Assembly: GCA_016180645.1 (NCBI GenBank) | Contig: JACPAV010000012.1 | Span: 62,001-102,030 of the forward strand | Length of the DNA: 40,030 nucleotides | Origin: Nitrospirota bacterium | Lineage (GTDB): Bacteria; JACPQY01 | Direction of reading: 5' to 3' | In this document: in pieces, positions 8,323-18,284 of the stretch | Layout: the number at the start of each line of letters is the position of its first letter | How positions within the stretch are numbered: the first letter of the stretch is position 1 | Notes under the pieces: model-generated | Seen by the model: the letters and a program-made list of their open reading frames with translations, nothing else | The model's database searches: none | What the model was told of the DNA's origin: nothing | Position numbers and translations under genes: made by a program

Positions 8323-10653
8323 CTAGGAGATGTCCGGGAGACGGGGGGGCTGGAGCACTGATTTCTCCACTTCACGCGAGGCGCTGCTCGCGACCGCCCG
8401 CGGGAGACTGAACCAGAAAGTCGATCCGACATCCTTTTCGCTGCTCACTCCCACTCGGCCCCCATGTTTTTCGATGACCTCTTTGACGAAAGCCAGACCG
8501 AGGCCTGTCCCCTTGCTTGTGCGATGTTGGGAGGAGGAGGCGCGATAGAACTTCTGGAACAGCTTGGTGAGTTCCTGATCGTCCATTCCGTAGCCCTGAT
8601 CGATTACAGAGACGGTGAGACCCTCCTTCGCCGTTGCGAGCTTGACGCGGACCTCCCGGTCGTTCGGGCTGTACTCGATGGCATTCGACACGAGATTTGT
8701 CACCACCTGGCTGAGCAGATCGCCGTCCACGTTAACGGTATTGTCACCCGGAGAAACGTCCAGGGCCAGGTGGATGGATTTCTCGGTGGCCCGGGGCCGG
8801 AAGCCCATGATGCATTGTTCGAGGAGTCCGGCGATGTTCCGTGGGGCCAGTTGCAACTCCTGCCGGCCGGACTCGATGCGGGAGACGTCCAGGAAAGAGT
8901 CGATCAGGCGTCTGAGCCGTGCGACATGGTCGAGGATCAGGTTGGTTTGTTTTTCCGCCTGGGGATCTTCGGATAGGCGATCCTGGAGAATTTCAGCGTA
9001 GGTCTGAATTACGGTCAGGGGCGCCCTCATTTCATGGGACATGAAGTGGACAACCTCCGTCTTACGGCGATTGAGCTCGGCCAGATGTGAGACATCCGTG
9101 AATACGAACACGCAGGCAAGAAGAATCTGTTCCCGGTCCCAGACGCCCGCCGCCGTCAATCGTACGGTCCGGAGAGGTGCCTGAATCTCTGCCTGGACCT
9201 CGTAGTGGCCGCGGAGCGTGGCAATCGCTTGCAAAGCAGCGTGGGTCGCATCTTTCTCCCAGCCCAGGCGCGCCTGGAGGATTTCCCAGATGCTTTCCTC
9301 CGGCATGTGTCCGTTGACAACGATGCCCAGATACTCTTTTGAGAGCGGGTTCAGGAAAATGATTCGTCCCAACGGGTCGGTGACCACGATGGCGGCACCC
9401 GCCTCGTTCAGCACGGTTCGAAGCATTTCCTGGGTTGAGAGCACATTGTCTGTTGCCGCGCCCAACGATTCAAACAATTTCGTGAGGTAGGGTCCATTCA
9501 ACGCTTTCATCTGGGCATCCTCACCCAAATGAGCCGCCCGAAGGATGTGTCCCTGGCGCGCGCCGACATCGCGCATTTTCCGAACTGCGGATGCCATGCG
9601 CTCGTGGAGTGGGTCTGGCGTCTGACCCGACGGGACATCACCCAGGGCCGAAGCCATAAGCATGGATGTATACCGCTTGCCAAGGGCTTCCAGGTCGGCG
9701 GGATCATCCGGAAGCCGGAGAAAATTGGAGTTCTCCGTCAGGGTGAGTATCCCGCCGCTGATCTGCGAGACACTGGATTCCAGATTGTGCCACATCAGCT
9801 CAAAGGCGCCCGTCAGCTCCGCGATCTCATCGGCGGATCGGCGGGTGTGAGATAGTTCGGCCATCCCCAGCCCGAGCCGGCGAATCCGTTCGGTCAAGGT
9901 TCGAAGAGGCCGGGAAAACCTTGAGGAGAAGAAGGCGACCAAGGAGGTTCCCGCGATAAGAACGATCAGGGTCAGGGCGAGAAGGGTGAGCGTCGACCGA
10001 TGGAGGGTGTTGGCGACCCGCTCCTCCGAAACGTCGACCTCAATCCGTCCGATGGGGGTCTTGTCGTGCAGAATGGGAGCGGATACGTGGAGGGCATGGA
10101 TGCCGGAAGGCGTAGCATAGCGCGCCAGTGAAGGTTGGCCGGAGACCACCCGTGGGAGTGTGAGACCTGGCGGGAGCCGGTACAAAGTGTTTTCGCCGGC
10201 CGAATAGGGAACAAGGATCCTCCCGTCCGCCTGAACGACATTGAGGCTGAGGATGTCCAGATTTTGGCGGGACACCAAGTCGGCCACAACGCTGTCGAGA
10301 GCCAGGCGCAGATCGTGAGAAGGAAGCAGGACCACCTCATGACTCTGGATGGCGATCTGGTTGGTCATCGCGAGAACTCCCTCAAGATACAATCTCCTGA
10401 AATTGGTTCGTTCCCTCAGTGTGCTGACGCCTCCAATGATGGCGACCGTGGCGATGATGACGCACCCGAAGACATAGATCAGCTTCTTCCGAACAGACAA
10501 GCCTGAGGGTCGGGAGCCATCCACTTCAGCCACTCTCCGGAAGGTTCCGAACAATGGGCGTCGAACGCTTCGACCGGATCCGTCCGGCGTGTCGGCCTGT
10601 CCGGCGGGAAGAGTCGTGAATCCTGAATGCGAGGCGTTAGCGGGAGGTGGCAT
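8323..10653 (-). CDS. Membrane sensor histidine kinase (2 TM, HAMP, PAS, HisKA, HATPase; PhoR/WalK-like)
   Basis: SHEMRAPL H-box, NLVSNAI N-box, DQGYGM, FQKFYR, GTGLGL. Confidence 0.93.
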   Translation of the reverse strand: MPPPANASHSGFTTLPAGQADTPDGSGRSVRRPLFGTFRRVAEVDGSRPSGLSVRKKLIYVFGCVIIATVAIIGGVSTLRERTNFRRLYLEGVLAMTNQIAIQSHEVVLLPSHDLRLALDSVVADLVSRQNLDILSLNVVQADGRILVPYSAGENTLYRLPPGLTLPRVVSGQPSLARYATPSGIHALHVSAPILHDKTPIGRIEVDVSEERVANTLHRSTLTLLALTLIVLIAGTSLVAFFSSRFSRPLRTLTERIRRLGLGMAELSHTRRSADEIAELTGAFELMWHNLESSVSQISGGILTLTENSNFLRLPDDPADLEALGKRYTSMLMASALGDVPSGQTPDPLHERMASAVRKMRDVGARQGHILRAAHLGEDAQMKALNGPYLTKLFESLGAATDNVLSTQEMLRTVLNEAGAAIVVTDPLGRIIFLNPLSKEYLGIVVNGHMPEESIWEILQARLGWEKDATHAALQAIATLRGHYEVQAEIQAPLRTVRLTAAGVWDREQILLACVFVFTDVSHLAELNRRKTEVVHFMSHEMRAPLTVIQTYAEILQDRLSEDPQAEKQTNLILDHVARLRRLIDSFLDVSRIESGRQELQLAPRNIAGLLEQCIMGFRPRATEKSIHLALDVSPGDNTVNVDGDLLSQVVTNLVSNAIEYSPNDREVRVKLATAKEGLTVSVIDQGYGMDDQELTKLFQKFYRASSSQHRTSKGTGLGLAFVKEVIEKHGGRVGVSSEKDVGSTFWFSLPRAVASSASREVEKSVLQPPRLPDIS

Positions 10654-12433
10654 CGATCGATTCCAGTCGGCGGGAAATGGATTCCGCGTTCTCCAGGAAG
10701 GTTCTCATCTCGGCATCGTCGGGTGCGTGCTGCAGACCTCGTCGCCAGAAAAGGGCTGCCTGGCGGTAGTTCCGGGATCGAAAGGATTCGAGGCCCAAGT
10801 AGCGGTAGGCCCGGCTCAGGGAGAGTCGCGTGAACGAGTGTCCTGGGAGCTCTCTGAGCAGGGCCTCCCAGGTTGTGATGGCGGCGCTATACTGGTGCTC
10901 CTCATACTGTCGCCTGCCCATCTCAAAACGCCTTGACTGCTCGGGCGAGATCAGGGGTTCCGAAGCGGGTTCCGGTTCCGGGACGATGACCGGTTCCCTG
11001 GGCGGAGCCACAGCCCTCACCGGCAGGGCTTTGGGCACGGCAGGGGGCGGGGATTGAACATGGGGCGGCGCGGGAGGCTCGGCAGGTTCCGGTTCTTCAG
11101 CGATCTGTTCCGGGGCGGCCGGGATCGGCTGGACGACCGGCCTCGCGAGCACCTCCTTCAGATCGATGGCCTTGAGCGAGGCTTGGGATGCGAGAATCCA
11201 GGCGTCCTCGTAATGCTTCGACTGTGTGGCGGTGCGGGCCTCCTCGAAACTCCGCCTTGCCTCTTCGAACCGTTCGGGCTCGCGCTGTTCGGCGCCCAAC
11301 TCCCAGACCGCCCCGAGTAACGTTCCGGCCTGGTTCAGCGCCTGTTCGACGAATTTCATCGAGGTATCTTCCACCGTCGACTGCACGAGTTGCTCCCGCA
11401 CCGTCGTATCCTGTTCGATGCGGCGCGAGTACAGGATGTCGGGCCCGGTCTGTCGGACAGGCGGTCCGAACTTGTATCCGAGCGCGAGACGGTGCTCAGC
11501 CGAAACCGGATTCTGGAGGGTGAAGCTGTAATCCACGGAAATGATTCCCAACGAGAGACCGGCTCCCGTCGAATAGACGGTTCGGTCGGGGCTCAAGGCG
11601 CTGCCGCCTCTGAACGAGAGGGTATATCCATTCGAAATCGACGGGGCGGATCCGTCCGGCCCCGTGGCGAGCCATGACGACCAGGAACTCCAGGCGTATT
11701 CGAGGCCGAGTCGGAGTCCGGGCTTTGAACGGATGGGCACGAATCCATCCAGCCCAAGCGCAACATCACCGGCCAGAATCGGAAGGTCGCGTCGAAGCAG
11801 CTTGTAGCCGAGTCCCACGTTGGCCTGGGTGGGAAGCTGGGAGTTCCGCTTTCCCTCCCGAACGCCGGGGCCCAGATTGAGGATGGAAGCCCCGATTTGA
11901 AGATTCTGGACGGGCACTCTGTACACCGCGCCCAAGTCAGCGGCGGCGCCGATGGATCGCGTGTCGAAGACCTGCTGTTGAAAGGCTTTCAGGAAGGCGC
12001 CCACGCTTGTGGAGGGCCCCATATCCCGGCCGAATCGGCCGATGACGACACTGCGGGTTTCCCGTCCAGATCCCTGAGTCTTGGAATCCCCCGTGGTGAG
12101 GGAAAAACTCCCTAGATCCTCATAGTAGGCAAACAGGCCGATCGTGCCTTGCGATGAAAGGCCATGGTTGTACTCCATGCATCCGGCGTGCCCGCCTGAA
12201 CTGGGCTGAAGGTAGCAAAAAGCGCCAACCTTGCTCACGACCATCGCCAGCGCCGCCGGATTCTGAGCTGCGGAGGAGTAGTCATCGGCTAGCCCGGAGA
12301 CCGCGCGGCCCATGGCCACCGTTCGCGGATGGTCCAGGGCGTTGAGAAACCCCGGGCCCGTGGCTCTTGCGCCCTGTGCGCGGCCGGCGCCAAAAATGAG
12401 GATCAGGGCCAGCCAGCGACGGGTGGACCGCAT
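10637..12433 (-). CDS. PorV/PorQ-like outer-membrane barrel fused to a helical domain, Pro linker and TPR-like C-terminus
   Basis: RTVAMGRAVSGLADDYSSAAQNPAAL, AADLGAVY, GASILNLG, LRLGLEY, VDYSF..HRLALGYKFG; C-terminal TPR-like helices. Confidence 0.78.
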   Translation of the reverse strand: MRSTRRWLALILIFGAGRAQGARATGPGFLNALDHPRTVAMGRAVSGLADDYSSAAQNPAALAMVVSKVGAFCYLQPSSGGHAGCMEYNHGLSSQGTIGLFAYYEDLGSFSLTTGDSKTQGSGRETRSVVIGRFGRDMGPSTSVGAFLKAFQQQVFDTRSIGAAADLGAVYRVPVQNLQIGASILNLGPGVREGKRNSQLPTQANVGLGYKLLRRDLPILAGDVALGLDGFVPIRSKPGLRLGLEYAWSSWSSWLATGPDGSAPSISNGYTLSFRGGSALSPDRTVYSTGAGLSLGIISVDYSFTLQNPVSAEHRLALGYKFGPPVRQTGPDILYSRRIEQDTTVREQLVQSTVEDTSMKFVEQALNQAGTLLGAVWELGAEQREPERFEEARRSFEEARTATQSKHYEDAWILASQASLKAIDLKEVLARPVVQPIPAAPEQIAEEPEPAEPPAPPHVQSPPPAVPKALPVRAVAPPREPVIVPEPEPASEPLISPEQSRRFEMGRRQYEEHQYSAAITTWEALLRELPGHSFTRLSLSRAYRYLGLESFRSRNYRQAALFWRRGLQHAPDDAEMRTFLENAESISRRLESIDATSR

Positions 12434-15400
12434 TTACAGGGCTTGGCCGATCGACACCAGCCGGTCGAGCAGCCACCGAATGGACCGGATCAGCGCAGGC
12501 TTGTCCTTCAGCCGCCGGACCAGGCGGGGAGACCACTGGTAGTAGCGCCCAATGAACCACCTGCCTGGGGAAGTCCTAGAGAGAGTGGAATCGCGGAAAC
12601 GTTTCAGCGCGAGAACATTTGGATGGAAAGGATTTCCATAGACGGTTGTGGCCACGAAACAGCCCTTGTCCTGCGAATGAATGACCATGTCAATGGATTT
12701 CCGATAGTCCTGGGTGGTGAATACCCCCCGATATCGCCCGATACCCAACATTTTTCCGCGTTGATCCTTTCCGTCCCAATCAACGGACTGGGGGCCAGCC
12801 GGCCGATTGGAGTCTTGGAACACCGTGCGAACCGGCTCGCTCGTGGAATCGTAGATGATGAGTGAGGCGGGGCCGGCCGTGGCGAGGTTGAAGCGGATCG
12901 TGGTGGATCCCAGGCGGGGATCGAAGGGATTGGGGAAACTTTGAAACAACCGGTTTTCCGGCAGGGCCAGATACTGGATGTCCACGCCGCCGGCCAGGGT
13001 CAGGCTCTCCTCCGCCACCGTTGCATGCAGGGTGAGGGACTGTTCCTCAAACGAGTAGGCATTCACCTCTGCGGTGCCGGTGCTGTCGCTCATCCGCTCC
13101 GGGGGCTCGATAACCAGGGTCGAGGATTGCGGCGTGAAAAACTGGATCGTCTTTCCTTCAACAGGGTTGCCGTACGCGTCTCGAATGTAGGCCATCACCC
13201 GTACGGGCGTTTCACCATCGGCCACCGACGATACCGGATCGGCGGCAAGAATGGAGAGTCGGCCGTCCGCGATGCACGCCGCGCCATTGATGGAGAAATT
13301 GAGGGGACTGCCCGCCAGCCCTGTACGAATGGCCTGTAAGATCGTTCGACCGGCGCGCTGGCCGATTACCACCTTCACCCGGGCCATGCCGTCCGGTCCG
13401 GAATTGACGAGATCCGTGGCAATCTGGGTGGTGGGATCCGAGCCCGGAGGCAGGGAGAATGCTACGGAGACGCCCTCCACCCCCACGCCCAGTCCATCCG
13501 TAACCTTCGTTTCGAGGGTCGTTTCGCTTCCCACACAACCCTGGAGAATTCCATCGCTCGAATGAAAACTCATCCGATCCGCGATGTTCACGAGGATACC
13601 GAACGCCTGGCTCCGAATCGTACGGGCGGGACCGGTGTTCTTTCCTTCTTGAGCACTATTGGCTCGGATCACCATGGCGTAGTCGCTCCCGGCCGCAAAC
13701 TCCGGGGCCGCGGAGTCCCAGCGCGCCTCAAAGGTACCCGGACGTTCGCGAACGGTTCGTATGCCGGCCATGCCCACGGGCATGTTTCCTTTTACGATTT
13801 CAAGGGTTGGTTCCTGCGTCAGTGTGTTCACCTGGGTACCGTCGGGCCGGGTCACGGTGAAGATCATTCTCGCGATCGATCCTCTGGAGATATCGTCAGG
13901 TTGGTCCGCGATGTCGAGGATCAGATCCGTATTGATCTGGTGTGGCGCTTCCAGGGAGAACAGCGGAAAGGAGCCTTTGACGGCCACGCCATCCCCAAGG
14001 CGCAAATCCCCCTTTTGCTCGATAGAGGCTTTCAGGAGCTCACCCGAGTTGGCCTTGTCACTGACATCAACGGCCACGAAGAAGACGCGATCGCTGCCGG
14101 GACCAATGGCAACGTCGGTGAAAAGGAATTCCTTTTTCGCAGACCTGAACGGTCCGGGCTCACCAATCTCCGGATCGCCATTCGGACCCGAGGCGAACTT
14201 CTGATTCCCGTCATCCACAAAGAGGTGAACCGTGGAAACGGATGAATCATTCGAATTGAGGCTTGTCACCGTCATTCCTTTTACCACCTGGCTATTCTCC
14301 CCCGCGTTGTGAACAAGGATCGCGAGGACCGGCACGTGCTTGCTTCCGGCCGGGACAACCCGGAAATCGACGGGCAGGGATCCCCAGAAGAGAGAACGCG
14401 CGGTCACGGTGAAAGCCCCCGAGGTCAGCGTCGCATCGGGTCCCCGAAGTCCGGATCGCGTTCCGGAATCGCTGGCCACCCGAAGGGTGTAATCGGTACC
14501 CGAGGCTTGTGTGGGCGGGACAGACCATGTCGCTTTGTAGCGCCCCTCGGCGGCATTCACGGTGCTCCAACTCGCGGAGCCGACGTTCCGCTCTTCTTTG
14601 AACACGAGCACGGTAGGGGATCGGTCGAACTGTTGCACGGGTGCTGAATCGAACCCCCGACGAATTGTAAATTCCATCCAGGCGTCATCTCCGATGGCGG
14701 CCGCAGCCGGCTGGGCCTCGGCCTTGAAACTGAGGCTTGTATCGATGCTGAAGGTGGCCGTGGAATGGGACGTGGTCGGGCCTACATTCCCCGCGCTGCC
14801 GGCCGAATCCGCCATGACCCTGAGCACATAATCCGGACCCTTGGTCTGGAAGTCGGGAATCACCCAACTGATCCGATACTTCCCTTCACCCGGCTTGACC
14901 ACGTCCCATGCGCCTGCCGCCATTTCCTGGCTTCCCTTGTAAATCTTGACCTTGGGAAGCGGATCGAAAGAGGCGACGGGGCCGCCGTCCGAATATTGAA
15001 CCTGGAGATCACACCCCACGGTGTCCCGGGCGGTCCCAGCCTTGGGCTGGTTCAGCAGGGTGAATCGGAGTGATGTATCGACGGAGAAATCGGCCGAGGC
15101 CAGTTCGGCGTTTGTTCCCTTGTTGCCGGCGGCTTTGGCCACACCGGCAAAAAGCGCGATATTGTAGTTTGGCGACGTCGCTTGGAAGTCGGGGATCTTC
15201 CAAGTGGCGCGGTATCGGCCGAGAGAGGAATCGAACACGGACCAATTGGGAACGGCAACGTTCGTAATGCCCAGCCGAACATTCAGAGTGGGTGTGGCAT
15301 CGAGCGTAGGAACCGCCGTGCCATCCGAAAAGGTCACGGCATATTCCGCAACCACCGTGTCGCCCGCCTTTTGGGGCAACGGCTGTTTGACGATCGAAAA

Positions 15401-18280
15401 CGTAAGTTGCGTGTCCACGGTGAAGCTATTGGAAGCCAGTCCGGTAGCCGGGCCGAAATTGCCGCCCGCCGATCCGGATGATGCCGTCAACAGAAAACTG
15501 TAGTTGCTGGACGTCGCCTGGAAATCGGGCACCACCCACGTCGCGCGGTAAGTGCCGAGCGCGGTGTTGAGGGGAGACCAGGCGGCTGTTGCGACTTCGG
15601 TCCCGCCCTCTCTCACGCTTACCACGGGGGCCACTCCGAAATTGGTGACGGCGGTCCCGTCGGAGTATTCCGCCCTGTAATCCGCAGACACCGTTTCACG
15701 GGCCTTCGCCCGGCCGGGCTGGGCCGTCAGGACCAGGGTGAGGGTGGGATTGACCAGATGCCCGCTGTCCACCCCCGTTCCCAGCGAGCTCAGAGGAAAG
15801 GAGCCGGACATGCTGTAAGGACCTTGGGCGAGATCGGCTGCGACGTCGATCTTCGCATTCAGCCGCGCGCCGGCCGTGGCCGTTCCGGAAAGATCGAATG
15901 CGACAAACAACTGCCGTGTGCCGCCGTTCCTCGCAATGATGAGGTTCAACCCGCTGAACGTGTAGGTCCCGCCCGCAAAGGCACCCGCATTCCCAATTTC
16001 CGAATCCGTTGCCGGCGTGAATTGGCCGTCTCCCGTATCGACAAAAAGGTGTACCGTGGTGATGTCGGAATCGGCGCCGTTCACGCGCGTAACTTTCACG
16101 CTGTTCAGAACCTGATCATTCGCAATATTATTGTTCGTGCCCGACAGAGCCAACACCGGAATCTGAGTTTTGCCCCTCGGTTGCGACTGGGAGGCGAGGA
16201 GTTGGCGCATCCATGCCACCGCCTGTGTCGCTCCGCCGGATATCGCGAATGTGCTCGTGGCCTGATCGGTCGCGGGACCGGCATTGCCCAGAGCCCTCGC
16301 GACTGCGGCTTGAATGTGAAAATCATAGTCGCTCCCAGAGAAGGCCCCAAGGGGAACCACCCAGGACGCCCGATACTGACCCGTGAGCACATTGAGCACG
16401 GACCACACCGTGGTGGCTTGAAAGACCCCTCCCTTCCGGACCGTGACGGTGGGAAGGGTGGAGAAGTTCGTAACGGGAGCACCGCCGGAGAAAGTGACCT
16501 GAAAATCCGCGAAAATAGTGTCCCCTGCATTCCCGTTGGCGGGCGGCACGGTGTTGACGAAGGTGAGGGTGGTGTCCACGGTGAAGCCGTCGGAGGCCAG
16601 TCCGGTGGCCGGCCCGGCATTGCCGCCGGCCGATCCCGATGAGGCTGTTACGAGGAAATCATAGTCGCTGGATGTCGTCTGGAAGTCGGGCACCACCCAG
16701 GTGACGCGGTAGGTGCCAAGTGCGGCGTTGATGGAAGACCAGACGGCCGTTGCGACTCCGGTCCCTCCCTCTCTCACGCCCACCACAGGCGCCACGCCGA
16801 AATTGGTGACGACGGTCCCGTCGGAGTATTCCGCCCTGTAGTCCGCAGACACCGTTTCACGGGCTTTCGCGCCACCGGGCTGGGCCGTCGGAATCAGGCT
16901 GATGGTTGGATCGACGAGATGCCCGCTGTCCACCCCCGTTCCGAGCGAGCTCAGGGGAAACGCGCCGGACACCGTGTAAGGATTCTGGACAAGATCACCT
17001 GCGATGTCGACCTTCGCGTTCAGTCGCGCGCCGGCCGCGGCCGAACCTGAAACGTCGAAAGCGACAAACAACTGTTGTGTGCCGCCGTTTCTTGCAATGA
17101 CGAGGTTCAGCCCGCTGAACGTGTAAGTCCCGCCCACGAACGCACCCGCGGTGCCGATTTCCAGGTCCGTCGCCGGAGTGAATTGCCCGTCGTTGCTGTC
17201 GACAAAAAGGTGTACCGAGGTGATGTCGGAATCGGCTCCGTTCACGCGCGTAACTTTCACGCTGTTCAGAACCTGGTCGTCTACAGCATTGTTGTTGATG
17301 CCCCACAGGACCAGCACAGGAACTTGAACCTTGCTCCTCGGTTGGGACTGGGCGGAGAGAAGTTGGCGTATCCACGTCACCGATTGCGTCGCGCCGCCGG
17401 ATACCGTGAATGCGCTCGAGGCCTGATTCGTCCCGGGTCCGGAATTGCCCAGCGCATTCCCGGTAAGGGCCTGAATGTCAAAATCATAGTCGCTCCCCGC
17501 GGATGCCCCGGCCGGTACGGTCCAGGACGCCCGATACTGTCCCGTCTCCGCATTGAGGGTGGACCAAACCGCGTTGGCCTGGAATGCGCCTCCCTTCCGC
17601 GTCGTGACGGTCGGGAGGGTGGAGAAGCCCGTGACCAGAGAACCATCAGAGTAAGTGACCTGGAAATCGGTGAATGCAAGATCCCCGGCGTTGCAGTTGG
17701 CGGGGGGCACGGTGTTGGCGAAGGTAAGGGCACTGCTTACAAGGTGGCCGTTGGAAGCGGTTGTCCCGAGCGAGCTCATGGGAAAGGCGCCCAGAACCGA
17801 TCCCGATTCGCTCACATCGGAAGAGGCGTTCAAGGATGCGCTTAGGCGGGCGCCATCGATGGCTGCCGTTGAAACGTCCACCGTAACCCAGAAATACCTG
17901 GTTGTATTTTTCGTGAGCGATACGCTCAGACTCGAGAATGTCTTTTTCCCGCTGGAGAACGGCCCGGCCGTGCCGATTTGCGTGTCGGTGCCCGGCTCAA
18001 AGACTCCGCTGGCATTCGCATCCACCCAAAGCCGGGCGCTGGAGATGTCCGTGTCGGCGCCGTTGACACGCGTAAGGGTCAGGCCATTCAGGGTGTTCGT
18101 CGAGTTGTTCTGGGTGGCTTTGAGTTCAAGGACTTTCACGGTGGTTTTGCCTCGTGGGAGCGTCTGGGCCGTCACCGCGCCGGCGGACCAAGTCGTGCTG
18201 GAGTAGGATTTTCCCGGCAGTGCGGCCAGCCAGACCAGTCCCAGCGCGAGAAGGGTGAGGCGAGTGAAGACGGCCCGCAT
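12434..18280 (-). CDS. Large secreted repeat surface protein (Ig-like repeats, two Big_1-like domains, FlgD-Ig domain, CFI-box-CTERM)
   Basis: Signal peptide from MRAVF (ATG 18280, 4 nt after the upstream stop); Ser/Thr/Gly-rich beta repeats; RDAYGNPVEG; FPNPF..IYDSTSEPVRTV..WDGKD; GCFVATTVYG..LKRFRD..GRWFIGRYYQWSP. Confidence 0.85.
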   Translation of the reverse strand: MRAVFTRLTLLALGLVWLAALPGKSYSSTTWSAGAVTAQTLPRGKTTVKVLELKATQNNSTNTLNGLTLTRVNGADTDISSARLWVDANASGVFEPGTDTQIGTAGPFSSGKKTFSSLSVSLTKNTTRYFWVTVDVSTAAIDGARLSASLNASSDVSESGSVLGAFPMSSLGTTASNGHLVSSALTFANTVPPANCNAGDLAFTDFQVTYSDGSLVTGFSTLPTVTTRKGGAFQANAVWSTLNAETGQYRASWTVPAGASAGSDYDFDIQALTGNALGNSGPGTNQASSAFTVSGGATQSVTWIRQLLSAQSQPRSKVQVPVLVLWGINNNAVDDQVLNSVKVTRVNGADSDITSVHLFVDSNDGQFTPATDLEIGTAGAFVGGTYTFSGLNLVIARNGGTQQLFVAFDVSGSAAAGARLNAKVDIAGDLVQNPYTVSGAFPLSSLGTGVDSGHLVDPTISLIPTAQPGGAKARETVSADYRAEYSDGTVVTNFGVAPVVGVREGGTGVATAVWSSINAALGTYRVTWVVPDFQTTSSDYDFLVTASSGSAGGNAGPATGLASDGFTVDTTLTFVNTVPPANGNAGDTIFADFQVTFSGGAPVTNFSTLPTVTVRKGGVFQATTVWSVLNVLTGQYRASWVVPLGAFSGSDYDFHIQAAVARALGNAGPATDQATSTFAISGGATQAVAWMRQLLASQSQPRGKTQIPVLALSGTNNNIANDQVLNSVKVTRVNGADSDITTVHLFVDTGDGQFTPATDSEIGNAGAFAGGTYTFSGLNLIIARNGGTRQLFVAFDLSGTATAGARLNAKIDVAADLAQGPYSMSGSFPLSSLGTGVDSGHLVNPTLTLVLTAQPGRAKARETVSADYRAEYSDGTAVTNFGVAPVVSVREGGTEVATAAWSPLNTALGTYRATWVVPDFQATSSNYSFLLTASSGSAGGNFGPATGLASNSFTVDTQLTFSIVKQPLPQKAGDTVVAEYAVTFSDGTAVPTLDATPTLNVRLGITNVAVPNWSVFDSSLGRYRATWKIPDFQATSPNYNIALFAGVAKAAGNKGTNAELASADFSVDTSLRFTLLNQPKAGTARDTVGCDLQVQYSDGGPVASFDPLPKVKIYKGSQEMAAGAWDVVKPGEGKYRISWVIPDFQTKGPDYVLRVMADSAGSAGNVGPTTSHSTATFSIDTSLSFKAEAQPAAAAIGDDAWMEFTIRRGFDSAPVQQFDRSPTVLVFKEERNVGSASWSTVNAAEGRYKATWSVPPTQASGTDYTLRVASDSGTRSGLRGPDATLTSGAFTVTARSLFWGSLPVDFRVVPAGSKHVPVLAILVHNAGENSQVVKGMTVTSLNSNDSSVSTVHLFVDDGNQKFASGPNGDPEIGEPGPFRSAKKEFLFTDVAIGPGSDRVFFVAVDVSDKANSGELLKASIEQKGDLRLGDGVAVKGSFPLFSLEAPHQINTDLILDIADQPDDISRGSIARMIFTVTRPDGTQVNTLTQEPTLEIVKGNMPVGMAGIRTVRERPGTFEARWDSAAPEFAAGSDYAMVIRANSAQEGKNTGPARTIRSQAFGILVNIADRMSFHSSDGILQGCVGSETTLETKVTDGLGVGVEGVSVAFSLPPGSDPTTQIATDLVNSGPDGMARVKVVIGQRAGRTILQAIRTGLAGSPLNFSINGAACIADGRLSILAADPVSSVADGETPVRVMAYIRDAYGNPVEGKTIQFFTPQSSTLVIEPPERMSDSTGTAEVNAYSFEEQSLTLHATVAEESLTLAGGVDIQYLALPENRLFQSFPNPFDPRLGSTTIRFNLATAGPASLIIYDSTSEPVRTVFQDSNRPAGPQSVDWDGKDQRGKMLGIGRYRGVFTTQDYRKSIDMVIHSQDKGCFVATTVYGNPFHPNVLALKRFRDSTLSRTSPGRWFIGRYYQWSPRLVRRLKDKPALIRSIRWLLDRLVSIGQAL
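15411..17732. repeat. Intragenic tandem duplication, two copies with a 1161-bp (387-aa) period
   Basis: Matching DNA anchors at 15411/16572, 16040/17201 and 16546/17707; boundaries approximate. Confidence 0.88.
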
Positions 18281-18284
18281 GAAT

